Positions 49,450 through 59,220 of a stretch of 64,000 nucleotides of DNA are shown here, one piece after another. The DNA comes from Candidatus Dormiibacterota bacterium (GTDB lineage Bacteria > Chloroflexota > Dormibacteria > Aeolococcales > Aeolococcaceae). Each line of letters begins with the position of its first letter. The first letter of the stretch is position 1. A program made the translations under genes and the position numbers. The notes under the pieces are model-generated. The model was not told the DNA's origin and did no database searches. It saw only the letters and a program-made list of their open reading frames with translations. Location of the stretch: contig CAWEEP010000011.1 in assembly GCA_963808125.1 (NCBI GenBank), forward strand, positions 11,246 through 75,245. Direction: 5' to 3'.

Positions 49450-51831
49450 ATGGGATCGGGCGTCGGTCGGCGAGCCCCAGCCGCGGTGCCTCCTCTCCGG
49501 CGGCACGCGGCGCCAACCCCTCGGGCTCCCAAGGTCCTCGATCTGGCCGCCTGCCAGCGGGTGATCCTCAATCTGAACGCCGACCTGGACGCGGCCGTGC
49601 TGCGGGCCGCAGAGCAGGCGCTCACGATCGAGGAGGTGGGGTCGACGGCCGCGACTTCCACCGTGCTCCGGCGGGAAGCGCGCACGCTGGCTGTCGACCT
49701 GGACCAGATGGTCCGGAAGGTGGCTGTCGCGGCACGGACGGTGACCGGCGCCGACAGCGCCGTGGTCGAGGTGGTCGACGGCGCCGACGCGGTCCACCGC
49801 GTCACGGTCGGAAGCAGGGAGGACGCCTCCTCCGAGCAGTCAGGCGGCGTGCCCGAACATCCCTGGCTCACCCCCGACACATCGATTTCCATGGCCTGCA
49901 CCGACGCCGAGACCGACCCACGCGTCGACCGCGAGGCGTGCCGGCGCCTCGCCACACGATCGCTCATCACCGTCCCGTTGCGGCACGCGGGCGCCGCCCT
50001 GGGAGCCATCACCGTCGCCTCATCCCCGCCCGACGCCTACAGCGATGTCCAGACGCTCAGTCTCCAGCTTCTCGCCGCCCAGGCCGCCGCCGCGGCGGCG
50101 AGGCTGCGGCTGATCACGAAGCTGCGACGGATCGAGCGGGAGCACGCCGGCGCCCTGGCCGCCAGCGAGGACGGGTTCCGCCGCCTGTTCTTCCAGAACC
50201 CGCAGCCGATGTGGGTGATCGATGGGGAGACACAGCGCTTCCTCGCCGTCAACGACGCCGCGGTGGCGAAGTACGGGTACTCGGCTGAGGAGTTCGCGGC
50301 GAGGACTGCCTCGGTCGTCCGCCGTGACGCGTCGCAGTGGGCAGTCGACCTCGGCAAGGCCATGGCGGGGCGCGTGAACCTCACCGCCCGTCACCGGCTG
50401 CGCGATGGCCGGCTGATCGACGTCGAGATCACCACCGGGCCGCAGGAGTGGGGCGGTCGTCGGGCGATCCTGTCGATCATCAACGATGTCACCGAGCGCA
50501 ACCGGATGTACAAGCAGCTGCACGAGGGTGCCTTCCGCGACCCTCTGACCGGCGGCGCCAACCGGGTCCTCTTCGCCGAGCGTGTCTCCCACGCGCTGAC
50601 CCGAATGCGGCGGCGCAGCGCGACCATCGGGGTGCTTGTCGTCAACCTGGATCACTTCAAGACCGTCAACGACAGCCTGGGGTACGCGGCGGGCAACTCC
50701 CTGCTCCAGGCGGCCGCGACGCGCATCCAGGGGACCCTCCGCCCCGGCGACACGGTGGCGAGGCTCGGCGCCGACGAGTTCGCCGTCCTCCTGGAGGAGG
50801 TGGGCCACGTGGATGCGGCGGTCGAGGCGGCGGAACGCCTCGACAAGTCGTTCCGGGCCCCGCTGGAGTTCGCCGGCCAAGCCCTGGTGATCAGCCTCTC
50901 GATCGGCGTCGCCATCTCCTCGACGGCACACGCCGGGGCCGACGACCTGCTGCGCAACGCCGAGCTGGCCATGTACGCCGCCAAGTCGGCGGGGAGGGGG
51001 CGGGTGGAGGTCTTCGCGCCCAGCATGCACGAGACGGCCGCGGGACGCCTCGGCCTGGACCAGGACCTGCGCCACGCCGTCGCCCGTGACGAGCTGCGGC
51101 TGCTCCTCCAGCCGATCATCTCAGTAGAGAGCGGCGCCATCGTCGGCTGCGAGGCCCTGGTGCGCTGGCACCACCCGGTCCGGGGCCTGGTGATGCCGGA
51201 CACCTTCATTCCCCTCGCCGAGGAGACGGGGGTGATCAGCGAGATCGACGTCTGGGTGCTCCGCGCGGCATGCGCCCGGGTGGCGGCCTGGCGCGACGCT
51301 CGTCTGGCGGATCTCCTCCTCGCCGTGAACGTGTCGGGGCGCGACCTGGGGCGGGGCGAGCTGGTCGACTGGGTGTCGGCCGCGCTTCTCGAGGCCGGGC
51401 TTCCCAGTGACCGCCTCGAGGTCGAGATCACCGAGAGCGCTGCGGTGGCGCAGCCGGCGGCGGCCCTCGACGAACTTCGGCGACTGCGCAGGGCCGGCAT
51501 CGCCGTCGCCATCGACGACTTCGGCACCGGCTACTCCAGCCTCAGCAAGCTGGCGACCTTCCCCGTCGACCGCCTCAAGATCGATCGCTCCTTCCTCGTC
51601 CCCATCAAGACCGAGAGCGACGACGCCCCATTGGTGGCGGCGATGATCGGCCTGGCCCACCGGCTCGGTCTGTCGGTGACGGCCGAGGGCGTCGAGACGG
51701 AGGAGCAGCTTGCCTTTCTCCGGCGCAACGGCAGCGACCTTCTTCAGGGGTACCTGTTCAGCCCACCCGTCACCCCCGAACGCTTCGAGGAGCTGCTGCG
51801 GAGCGAGCGGGCGAGTCGGATCGGAGCCTGA
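49450..51831 (+). CDS. GAF-PAS-GGDEF(degenerate)-EAL c-di-GMP signalling protein
   Basis: GAF; PAS 'FFQNPQPMWV...VNDAA..KYGYS'; GGDEF-like 'RLGADEF'; EAL 'CEALVRW', 'EITES', 'DDFGTGYSS', 'KIDRSF', 'AEGVE', 'QGY'. Confidence 0.92.
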   Translation: MGSGVGRRAPAAVPPLRRHAAPTPRAPKVLDLAACQRVILNLNADLDAAVLRAAEQALTIEEVGSTAATSTVLRREARTLAVDLDQMVRKVAVAARTVTGADSAVVEVVDGADAVHRVTVGSREDASSEQSGGVPEHPWLTPDTSISMACTDAETDPRVDREACRRLATRSLITVPLRHAGAALGAITVASSPPDAYSDVQTLSLQLLAAQAAAAAARLRLITKLRRIEREHAGALAASEDGFRRLFFQNPQPMWVIDGETQRFLAVNDAAVAKYGYSAEEFAARTASVVRRDASQWAVDLGKAMAGRVNLTARHRLRDGRLIDVEITTGPQEWGGRRAILSIINDVTERNRMYKQLHEGAFRDPLTGGANRVLFAERVSHALTRMRRRSATIGVLVVNLDHFKTVNDSLGYAAGNSLLQAAATRIQGTLRPGDTVARLGADEFAVLLEEVGHVDAAVEAAERLDKSFRAPLEFAGQALVISLSIGVAISSTAHAGADDLLRNAELAMYAAKSAGRGRVEVFAPSMHETAAGRLGLDQDLRHAVARDELRLLLQPIISVESGAIVGCEALVRWHHPVRGLVMPDTFIPLAEETGVISEIDVWVLRAACARVAAWRDARLADLLLAVNVSGRDLGRGELVDWVSAALLEAGLPSDRLEVEITESAAVAQPAAALDELRRLRRAGIAVAIDDFGTGYSSLSKLATFPVDRLKIDRSFLVPIKTESDDAPLVAAMIGLAHRLGLSVTAEGVETEEQLAFLRRNGSDLLQGYLFSPPVTPERFEELLRSERASRIGA

Positions 51832-52129
51832 TTCGACTTCTCGGCGAGCCGGCGGCGGCGGCACCTCGCCACCCGGATCAGGAGGCAGGGAGACCTGCCG
51901 GGCCAGTGCGACGCGGCGTGGACGGTGAGGTAGGGCTTGCCTCGTAGCCGCTCATTGAACGAGTGGGTGGGAGGGATGTGGGCGCCAGGCCTCCCCGGGG
52001 CCGTGAGGTGACCACCCGGCCCTTGCTACACTCCCTCGACCCAGCGGCACAGCCTCCGACCCTCCCCACAGCCCGTCCCCTTGCGCCGCCGGCTGAGCTG
52101 GACTGAACGGTAGAAATGGGAGTGCACCG

Positions 52130-53680
52130 GTGGCCCTGAATCCCTCGACAAGCGCGCTTCCCCCGGCCAAGAGCGTCCACTGGAACCCCAGCCCCGAGGA
52201 GCTTCACGAGCTGGCGGCCAGGATGCCCAATGCGAGAACCACGGTCTTCGGCAATCTCAACGTCCAGACCCAGGTCACCAATCGCAGCGCCGGCAGCACC
52301 TTCATCGTCACCGACCACCCCGAGCGCCACACCCAGAAGACGGTCACCGGCGAGGAGGGGGCGCGCATTGCGCGGCTCCAGGACGACCACATCCGCGACC
52401 TGGAGATGCTCGTCATCGACGGCTACATCGGCAACGATCCCGCCGACCGCGTCTCCGTCCGCCTCTACATCGACGCCGCCAACGCCAACATCGCCGGCAT
52501 GCAGCGCTGGCTGTACTTCGACGCCGAGGACGCGGGCCCGGGGTTCGCACCGCGGCTCACCGTCATCTACACCCCCAACCTTGCCGCCCCGGGTTACCCC
52601 GACGACCGCATCATCGCGGTGGACCTGGAGGCGGGCGTCACCCGCGTCCTCAACTCCGACTACTTCGGGGAGTCCAAGAAGGGCGGCCTGCGCATGTGGA
52701 ACGCCCTCGTCTACGAGAAGGGCGGCCTCGGCCTCCACGCCGGATGCAAGGTGATCCCGACCCCCCGGGGCGACCAGACCATGCTCATCGTCGGCCTCTC
52801 GGGGACCGGCAAGACCACCACCACCTTCACCCGCCAGAACAACTCGAAGCCGGTGCAGGACGATTTCGTGGCCCTCTACCCGGGCGGCCGGGTCGTGGCC
52901 ACCGAGAACGGCTGCTTCGCCAAGACGTTCAGCCTCAGCAAGGAGTTCGAGCCCAGCATCTACGGCGCCGTCTGCACCCCGGCGGCCTACCTGGAGAATG
53001 TCTCGCAGAACGATGCCGGGGAGGTGGACTTCTTCGACACCGAGTACACCCAGAACGGGCGAGCCGTCTTCCGGATGGACGCCCTCGGCTGGCACAAGGA
53101 CGCCCGCGAGCTCTCGCGCGTCGACCAGATGCTCATCCTCAACCAGAACGAGGGTTTCATCCCGGGCGTCGCCGTTCTGGAACCATGCCCAGGCAGCGGC
53201 GTACTTCATGCTCGGCGAGACGCAGGGACGAGCGCCGGCGGCAAGGACGAGGAGGGCAAGTTCCTCCGCACACCGGGCACCAACCCCTTCTTCCCCATCC
53301 GCCACGAGCGTCAGGGGAACCGGTTCCTCGAGCTCCTCTCGACCTGCGACTTCGAGGTGTTCCTGATGAACACCGGTCGGGTGGGAGGGAGCGAGGCCGA
53401 CCCGCGCAGCGAGAAGGTGACCATCGCCCACTCCAGCGCCATCGTCAAGGCCATCGCCGAAGGCGCGATCTCCTGGGAGCCCGACCCGGACTTCGGCTAT
53501 GAGGTCGCCGCCCAGGTCCCCGGGCTCGACGACGTGGAGATCCTCCAGCCCCGCCGCCTCTACGAGCGCCAGGGCCGCCTCGACGAGTACCGGGCCGGGG
53601 TGGAGCGTCTCAACTCACCGCCGCTCCTATCTGGAGGGGTGGGGGGCCTCAACCCCAGATCATCGAAGTCGCTCAGGTAG
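52130..53680 (+). CDS. pckA: Phosphoenolpyruvate carboxykinase (ATP); compensating indels ~53178-53225 and near the C-terminus
   Basis: 'YFGESKKG', 'LHAGCK', P-loop 'GLSGTGKTT', 'QDDFV', 'ENGCFAK', 'TQNGRA', 'FLMNTG'; GGGAG RBS. Confidence 0.88.
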   Translation: MALNPSTSALPPAKSVHWNPSPEELHELAARMPNARTTVFGNLNVQTQVTNRSAGSTFIVTDHPERHTQKTVTGEEGARIARLQDDHIRDLEMLVIDGYIGNDPADRVSVRLYIDAANANIAGMQRWLYFDAEDAGPGFAPRLTVIYTPNLAAPGYPDDRIIAVDLEAGVTRVLNSDYFGESKKGGLRMWNALVYEKGGLGLHAGCKVIPTPRGDQTMLIVGLSGTGKTTTTFTRQNNSKPVQDDFVALYPGGRVVATENGCFAKTFSLSKEFEPSIYGAVCTPAAYLENVSQNDAGEVDFFDTEYTQNGRAVFRMDALGWHKDARELSRVDQMLILNQNEGFIPGVAVLEPCPGSGVLHARRDAGTSAGGKDEEGKFLRTPGTNPFFPIRHERQGNRFLELLSTCDFEVFLMNTGRVGGSEADPRSEKVTIAHSSAIVKAIAEGAISWEPDPDFGYEVAAQVPGLDDVEILQPRRLYERQGRLDEYRAGVERLNSPPLLSGGVGGLNPRSSKSLR

Positions 53681-54051
53681 CCGGCGACCCGCCGCTGACC
53701 TTGTCGATGGTCCGGAAGATGTCGTCCGGCGCCGCCCCTTGACCAGGTAGCTGTCGGCGCCCGCCGTGCGCATGAGCCGCATCGACTCCCGGTCGTCCCA
53801 CGCCGAGAGGGCGACGATGGCCGTCTCCGGCGACGCGGCCCGGATCCCCTCGGCGGCGCGGAAGCTTCCTCCGCCGGGGATTGTCGTACGACGAGGGCGA
53901 CGTCCGGACGGTGCTCCCCGGCCAGGCGGATGGCGCTCTCCGGATCGGCGGCGACGGCGATGACCTGGTAGCCGGGCTCGCTGGCGAGGAGGTCGGCGAG
54001 GGCGCTGCGCATCGTGGCGTCGTCGTCGGCGATGAGGACCCGCACCGTCAC
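53673..54051 (-). CDS. Stand-alone response regulator receiver, frameshifted (~53885, ~53738)
   Basis: 'VLIADDD', 'RPDVAL', 'IVALSAWDD', 'GADSYLVKG'; the GTG overlaps the kinase stop. Confidence 0.75.
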
Positions 54052-55807
54052 GAGACCGCCACCGCCGGTGTCTCCGCGTCAGCGGGACGACTCCCGACGG
54101 GTGGCTGGCGGCGGTGGAGCGCCCGGCTCCCGACGCAGTAGCGGACCGTGGTGCCGGCGCCCGGCTGGCTCTCCACCATCCACCAGCCGCCGTCTGCTCG
54201 GCGCGCTCCCGCATCGCCAGGAGGCCGAGGTGGCCCAACGGTGATTGCTCGGGACCGTCGGCGTCAAAGCCGATGCCATCGTCACGGATCTCCACCACCA
54301 CACCGGCATCGCCCTCTCTGAGGGCGACGTCCACCCGGGACGCGTGCGCGTGGTTGCAGATGTTGGTCACGGCCTCCTGGGCGATGCGATACACGATGGT
54401 CCGGACCTGGGCGTCCGGCTCGTTGCGGAGGGTGTCGTCGAGCGAGTAGTCGAGCCCCTCCTCCTCGCTCACCTGGGCCAGGAAGGCGTGGAGCGCGGCG
54501 GCGATCCCGTGCGCCTCGAGCGCCGGCGGGCTGAGCACGAACATGAGGTGCCGCAACCGGGCGATCGACTGGCGCACATCGTGCTCGAGGGCGCGGAACA
54601 CGGGGTCCCCCTGGTCGGCCCCGGCCCGGCGGCGGATCGTCGCGAGGCGGAGGGCGACCGCAGTCATCACCTGGACCGAGTCGTCGTGGATGTCCGTGGC
54701 GATGCGCTGGCGCTCCTCCTCCTGGGCCTCGACGATGTGGGCCAGAAGCGTGCTGCGGTCGGCGGCGCTCTTGCGCAACTCCTCGATGGAGAGCTGGAGC
54801 TGCGCCTGGACGCGGGAGCGCTCAGCGGTCATGGCCAGCACGGTGGCCAGGCCGGTCAGGAAGGCCACGTCGTTCTCCGAGTACGAGGCCGCCCGACGCG
54901 AGATGACCGTCAGCGTGCCCACCGCCTGCTGCGTGCCGCGGATCGGCACCGTCAGGAGGCTGCCCGTCTTGACGTACTCGGCGATCGCGGTGGCGGCGAA
55001 CTTCGCGTCGGCCTCCACGTCGGGGATGAGCAGGTGTTGGGTGCCGTGCAGCACGCGCGAGGAGGCGGCCTCCGACATTGTCAGCACGCGCTCCGCCAGC
55101 TGCGGAGGCAGGCCCACCCCGGCTTTGAAGACGAGGCGGTCGCCGCTGCGCTCCAGCACACCGGCGATGTCGGCGTCGAGATTGGCCGCCGCCATGTCGC
55201 ACGCCGCCTGCCGCAGTGAGCCGATGTCCTCGCCGGAGAGGGCCCGCTGACCCAGCTCGGCCACCGCGCCCTGCTGGCGCAGGCGGCGCTCCAACTGCTC
55301 GGCCTCCTGCCGGCGGTTTTCCGCCGCGCCGAGGGCGGCCGCGGCGGCGCGCATCAGCGACGGGGCGGAGGCGTCCAGGCTCCCCTGCGCCCGCGAGGCG
55401 ACGATCAGCTGGGGGACGCCGTGGCGTCCGAGCCCGACGGCGAGCGCAGCGGTCTGTCCCTCGCTCCGCAGCAGCGCCGCCACGGCACCGTTCTCCACCC
55501 GCTTCCCCAGCCGGATCACCGCCGGGGCATCCCCGTCGAGCATGGCGATGTCGGCGGGGGAGGTCTTGAGATCGTGGTGGTGTCGCAGGCCGGTGCCGGC
55601 GAGGACGGTGAGCCGCCCGCCGCGCAGACCGAGGAGGGCCACCGCGTCGGCCCTGGTCCTGTCGCGAAGGATCCCGGCGTACCGGCTGCGGAGATCGTCG
55701 CCCCCGAGACCGCCGGTCAGGGTCAGCGAGATCAGCTCGGCGACGGTTTTCGGGTCGGCGGCGGACGGTCCGGCGCGAACCTCGGAGTCGGGCGCGGCGG
55801 TTGTCAC
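54048..55807 (-). CDS. Cytoplasmic GAF-GAF sensor histidine kinase (HisKA_3/HATPase_c), frameshift ~54192
   Basis: 'EEERQRIATDIHDDSVQ', 'YRIAQEAVTNICNHA', 'IRDDGIGF', 'GHLGLLAMRERAE'; no TM segments. Confidence 0.9.
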
Positions 55808-55817
55808 GGCCTCTCCA

Positions 55818-56231
55818 CTACACCGAGAAGTGGAGGTTCCAGGCCGCGGCGGCGAACCCGACGAGGACGGCGAGGACGCCCAGCCACCGGCTGCTGCGAC
55901 CCCGCAGGCGGGCCATGTTGAACACGACCACCACGGAGATCACCGCCTTCTCGATGAGCAGCCCCGGCACCCCCCATGAAGTGATGACGGCTGCGCTGAT
56001 CGGATTGCCTTCCGGGGAATTATTGGCGAGGGCGAGCAGCGTCGTCAGCGCGTCAACGAGCTGTGACAGGATCACCGCCGCGGCGATGGGTGCCGCCACC
56101 GCGTCGGCGGCGAGGACCCGGAAATCCTGGACGATCCCCGTCCAGTAGTCGGCAAGGTCGGCCTGGGAGCTGCGGGTCAGGCGGGCGAGGAAGCTCGATC
56201 GCCCTGGGCGGACGACGTCTGTGTTGATCAC
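55818..56231 (-). CDS. Small membrane protein, DUF5658-like
   Basis: 'QLVDALTTLLAL...EGNPI' pattern with 3 hydrophobic helices. Confidence 0.65.
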   Translation of the reverse strand: MINTDVVRPGRSSFLARLTRSSQADLADYWTGIVQDFRVLAADAVAAPIAAAVILSQLVDALTTLLALANNSPEGNPISAAVITSWGVPGLLIEKAVISVVVVFNMARLRGRSSRWLGVLAVLVGFAAAAWNLHFSV

Positions 56232-56535
56232 TGTGCCATCCCCATGATCTGAATGGGACGTTCACATCGTGCCGCCACCGCGTCCGGGGCACCAGACGTG
56301 GACGCCCGGACCTGGCGTGGTGCGGATGCACTAGCCAGTGCGGAACGGTCGTCCGGCCGTGCCGGGGGGCGCGCCGCACCGGTGGGGCCTGCCAGCCCCC
56401 GTGACACGGCTGCGATGCACCACCGGACGGGATACGCGGCCGTGACAGAGCGAAGAAATGCCCCCCGAACCCATCCCACGGATCGAACAATAGCCAGGTG
56501 GGGCAGACTTCCGCGTGAACGCCCGAGGAGATCCC

Positions 56536-57204
56536 ATGCAAGGGACCATGTCGCGAGTTATCCGCGTCCTCCTCGTCGATGACCATGTGATGTTCAGCCA
56601 GGCGGTGGCGGCGGCCCTCAACGAAGAATCCGACATCCGCGTGGTCGACTGCGTGGCCAGCCTGGCCGATGCCCGGAGCCACCTGGAATCGACCGAGGTC
56701 GATGTCATCCTCCTCGACCAGCGCCTCCCTGACGGACAGGGCACGCACGCGGCGGCGGAGTTGCGGGCCATCCGGCCCGGGGTCCGGGTGGTGCTCGTCA
56801 CCGCGGCAGTCGATCCGGCCGTCCTCAGCGAGGCGCTGGCCGCCGGCTGCGTCGGCTTCGTGACCAAGGGGGACAGCATCGACGAGCTGTCGGCCGCGGT
56901 GCGTTCGGCCGCCTCGGGTGCCACCGCGGTGTCACCGGCGATGCTGGGCCGCCTCACCGGCAGCGACGGCAAGGGGAACGGCTACTCCGGCGAGGCACTC
57001 ACCCACCGGGAGACCGCGGTTCTCCTCTTCCTGGCGGACGGGATGAGCAACCAGGAGATCGCCGAAAGGCTCTTCATCAGCATCCACACCCTGCGCAACC
57101 ACATCCAGAACATCATCAGCAAGCTCGGGGCCCACTCGAAGCTGGAGGCGGTCTCCATCGCCATCCGCGAGGGCCTGATCACGACACCGCCAGTCGAGCG
57201 CTGA
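56536..57204 (+). CDS. NarL/LuxR family response regulator
   Basis: 'VLLVDDH', 'ILLDQRLPDG', HTH 'LTHRETAVL...GMSNQEIAERLFISIHTLRNHI..KLG'; GAGGAG RBS. Confidence 0.93.
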   Translation: MQGTMSRVIRVLLVDDHVMFSQAVAAALNEESDIRVVDCVASLADARSHLESTEVDVILLDQRLPDGQGTHAAAELRAIRPGVRVVLVTAAVDPAVLSEALAAGCVGFVTKGDSIDELSAAVRSAASGATAVSPAMLGRLTGSDGKGNGYSGEALTHRETAVLLFLADGMSNQEIAERLFISIHTLRNHIQNIISKLGAHSKLEAVSIAIREGLITTPPVER

Positions 57205-57291
57205 CCCGGGCGGGCGCCCGCCGTCTGCGGTGCCCCGCCGGCGAGGGGCGGTTGGGCCGCCCGTCAGGCGGCTCCCGCCGTCAAATGTCCC

Positions 57292-58350
57292 TCACCGTGA
57301 CCGGGCGGGCGACGGCGTGGGCAGCGTCATCTCCGCGGTGGTCCCATGCCCGGGGCTGGAGGTGATCTCCATCTGCCCCCCGGCGTCGCGGATCCTCTGT
57401 TCCAGGAGACGGAGCCCCATGTGCCCCTGCCTGCGGTATCGCTCCAGGTCGGCCGCGTCGAAGCCGCGGCCGTCGTCTGCCACCCGCAGGCACACGCCCT
57501 CGGCGTCGCACTCCACGGTGAGGGAGACGCGACGGGCCCTGGCGTGCTTGGCGGCGTTGCGCACGAGCTCCTGCGCCACGCGGTGGATGAGGCCGCGGAC
57601 CCGGGCGTCGCAGTCGAGCTCCCCGATGGTGATCTCGACGTTCACGCCGCGATCGGCAAGGGGGGCGAGCAGCTGGCTGAGGGCGCCGGACAGGCCGTCG
57701 CTCTCGATATCCCCGCCGGCGAGGGCGCCCATCAGGTTGCGCAGATCGGCGGTGACCGCCTGCAGGTCGGCGGTGATCCGATCCAGGCTCACGGCCGCCG
57801 AAGCGAGTTTCTCCGGCGCCACCGACTGGTCGCGGCGCAGCCCGCGAGCCAGGGTCGCCGTGCGCAGGGTGACAGCGCTGACCAGCTGAATCACGCCGTC
57901 GTGGAGGTCCGCGGCGAGGCGCTGCCGCTCGCCATCCGACGCCATCAGGGCGTCGTGGAGGAGCTCCTCCCGCTCGTCCGCGAGATCGGCCTCACTCCGC
58001 TCAAGCGCCGAGAGGCTGGTGAGAAGGGCGGTGAACCTGCGGTGATACACGATGAGGGGCACGGCCATGGCGACGAGAGCACCGGCCGCGACCAGCATCA
58101 ACCAGGCGTACACGGAACGCCCGCTGCCGGTCACGAACATCGCCGTGGCCGACAGCACCACGGCGCCCCCGATCACGGCGATGCCGACGCCCCATCTCCA
58201 AGTCCGGGGCACGACGGGGGCGACGGCCCTCTGCAGGCTCCCCCGCTCCGCAGGGGCGGGACCGCGCTTCAGGGCGCCCAGAGGCCTGAGGAACCCCGAA
58301 GGGGTCGCGGAAGCTCGGGCCCCCCTGTCGGCCGTCGCATGCATCGCCAC
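57292..58350 (-). CDS. Membrane sensor histidine kinase (2 TM, HisKA_3)
   Basis: 'ERQRLAADLHDGVIQ', 'QELVRNAAKHA', 'VADDGRGF', 'GHMGL'; convergent with the NarL-type regulator. Confidence 0.9.
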   Translation of the reverse strand: MAMHATADRGARASATPSGFLRPLGALKRGPAPAERGSLQRAVAPVVPRTWRWGVGIAVIGGAVVLSATAMFVTGSGRSVYAWLMLVAAGALVAMAVPLIVYHRRFTALLTSLSALERSEADLADEREELLHDALMASDGERQRLAADLHDGVIQLVSAVTLRTATLARGLRRDQSVAPEKLASAAVSLDRITADLQAVTADLRNLMGALAGGDIESDGLSGALSQLLAPLADRGVNVEITIGELDCDARVRGLIHRVAQELVRNAAKHARARRVSLTVECDAEGVCLRVADDGRGFDAADLERYRRQGHMGLRLLEQRIRDAGGQMEITSSPGHGTTAEMTLPTPSPARSR

Positions 58351-58521
58351 CGTCAGCCTAGGGTGCCCCGGTAACGAATCGGGGAGGAGGCGGTTGCAAA
58401 AGCTGTCCAGTCTCTGGTACCGGCGTCACAGTTCTGAAAAGCTTCACGGCATTCACGTCAGTCGAGCCTAAGCTCTCAAGACGAGAGAGGATGTGAGCGT
58501 GGGTTGTAGGCGATCTTCGGC

Positions 58522-59187
58522 ATGACTGCGGTCTTCACCTTGGTCGAGACGCGCCCTGCGGAGCTCCAGACCCCTGTTCCCGGACAGGGCTGCCGGGAAC
58601 AGGGGTGCACCGCGCAGGGGGCGGTCGAATGCGCGTACGCGGACAGCGTCGGACACCCCTGCGGGACGCAGTGGTGCTCGCACCACGCCCGGCGCATCGG
58701 CATGCTCCGCTACTGCCGCCGGCACGCCAGCACGGTGACCGCGCTGGGCAGCAAGGCGAGCAACCCCCGTCTCCTGCCCCCGGTGGACCATCGAGGAGCC
58801 TCCCTGGTCAGCTGGATCTGCACCGAGGGCTTCCCCACCCTCAACGAGGCCATCGTCTCGGGGCTGCACGAGGGAGAGATCATCTTCGAGGATCGCGGCG
58901 TCAACGTCGTCCGCTCCGACGGCCTGGGGAGGCGCTGGGAGCGCGGGTGGCGCATCGGCGACCGGAGCGGGATCACCTGCAAGGTGATGATCTGCGTGGA
59001 TGAGGAGAACGACGCCCTGGTCTCGCTGAAGGTCAACGACAGGTCCCTCGCACAGGGGGTGCCGCCGTGGATCACCCGACGCCGCCTCGGCCAGCTGGTG
59101 ACCCCGGATGTCGATGCCGCCGATCGGCGCCAGTTCTACGCCTTCCTGGTCGGTTTCATCAGCCGCGCCCTCGCCGCCCGCGACTGA
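58522..59187 (+). CDS. Hypothetical protein with an N-terminal Cys/His zinc-finger-like domain
   Basis: C-x4-C-x7-C-x9-C-x4-C-x2-H-x9-C-x2-H; clean 221-aa ORF. Confidence 0.7.
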   Translation: MTAVFTLVETRPAELQTPVPGQGCREQGCTAQGAVECAYADSVGHPCGTQWCSHHARRIGMLRYCRRHASTVTALGSKASNPRLLPPVDHRGASLVSWICTEGFPTLNEAIVSGLHEGEIIFEDRGVNVVRSDGLGRRWERGWRIGDRSGITCKVMICVDEENDALVSLKVNDRSLAQGVPPWITRRRLGQLVTPDVDAADRRQFYAFLVGFISRALAARD

Positions 59188-59220
59188 GCGGCCGGGGTCG
59201 TCGCGCCCCCACCGGGAAGA

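Noticed and set aside
51884-51899. GGCAGG-GAGA-CCTGCC hairpin resembling the 3' end of a cobalamin riboswitch
   Set aside because: Only ~50 nt separate it from the upstream stop codon, and the B12-box and other core elements (GGGAA, GCCACTG) are absent. It is just a GNRA hairpin.
58380-58521. AT-rich leader with two AAAAGCT copies and a CTCTC/GAGAG hairpin, considered as a c-di-GMP riboswitch
   Set aside because: Lacks the GGCAAA/GAAA tetraloop-receptor architecture of c-di-GMP-I; more likely a divergent promoter region. An Infernal scan would settle it.
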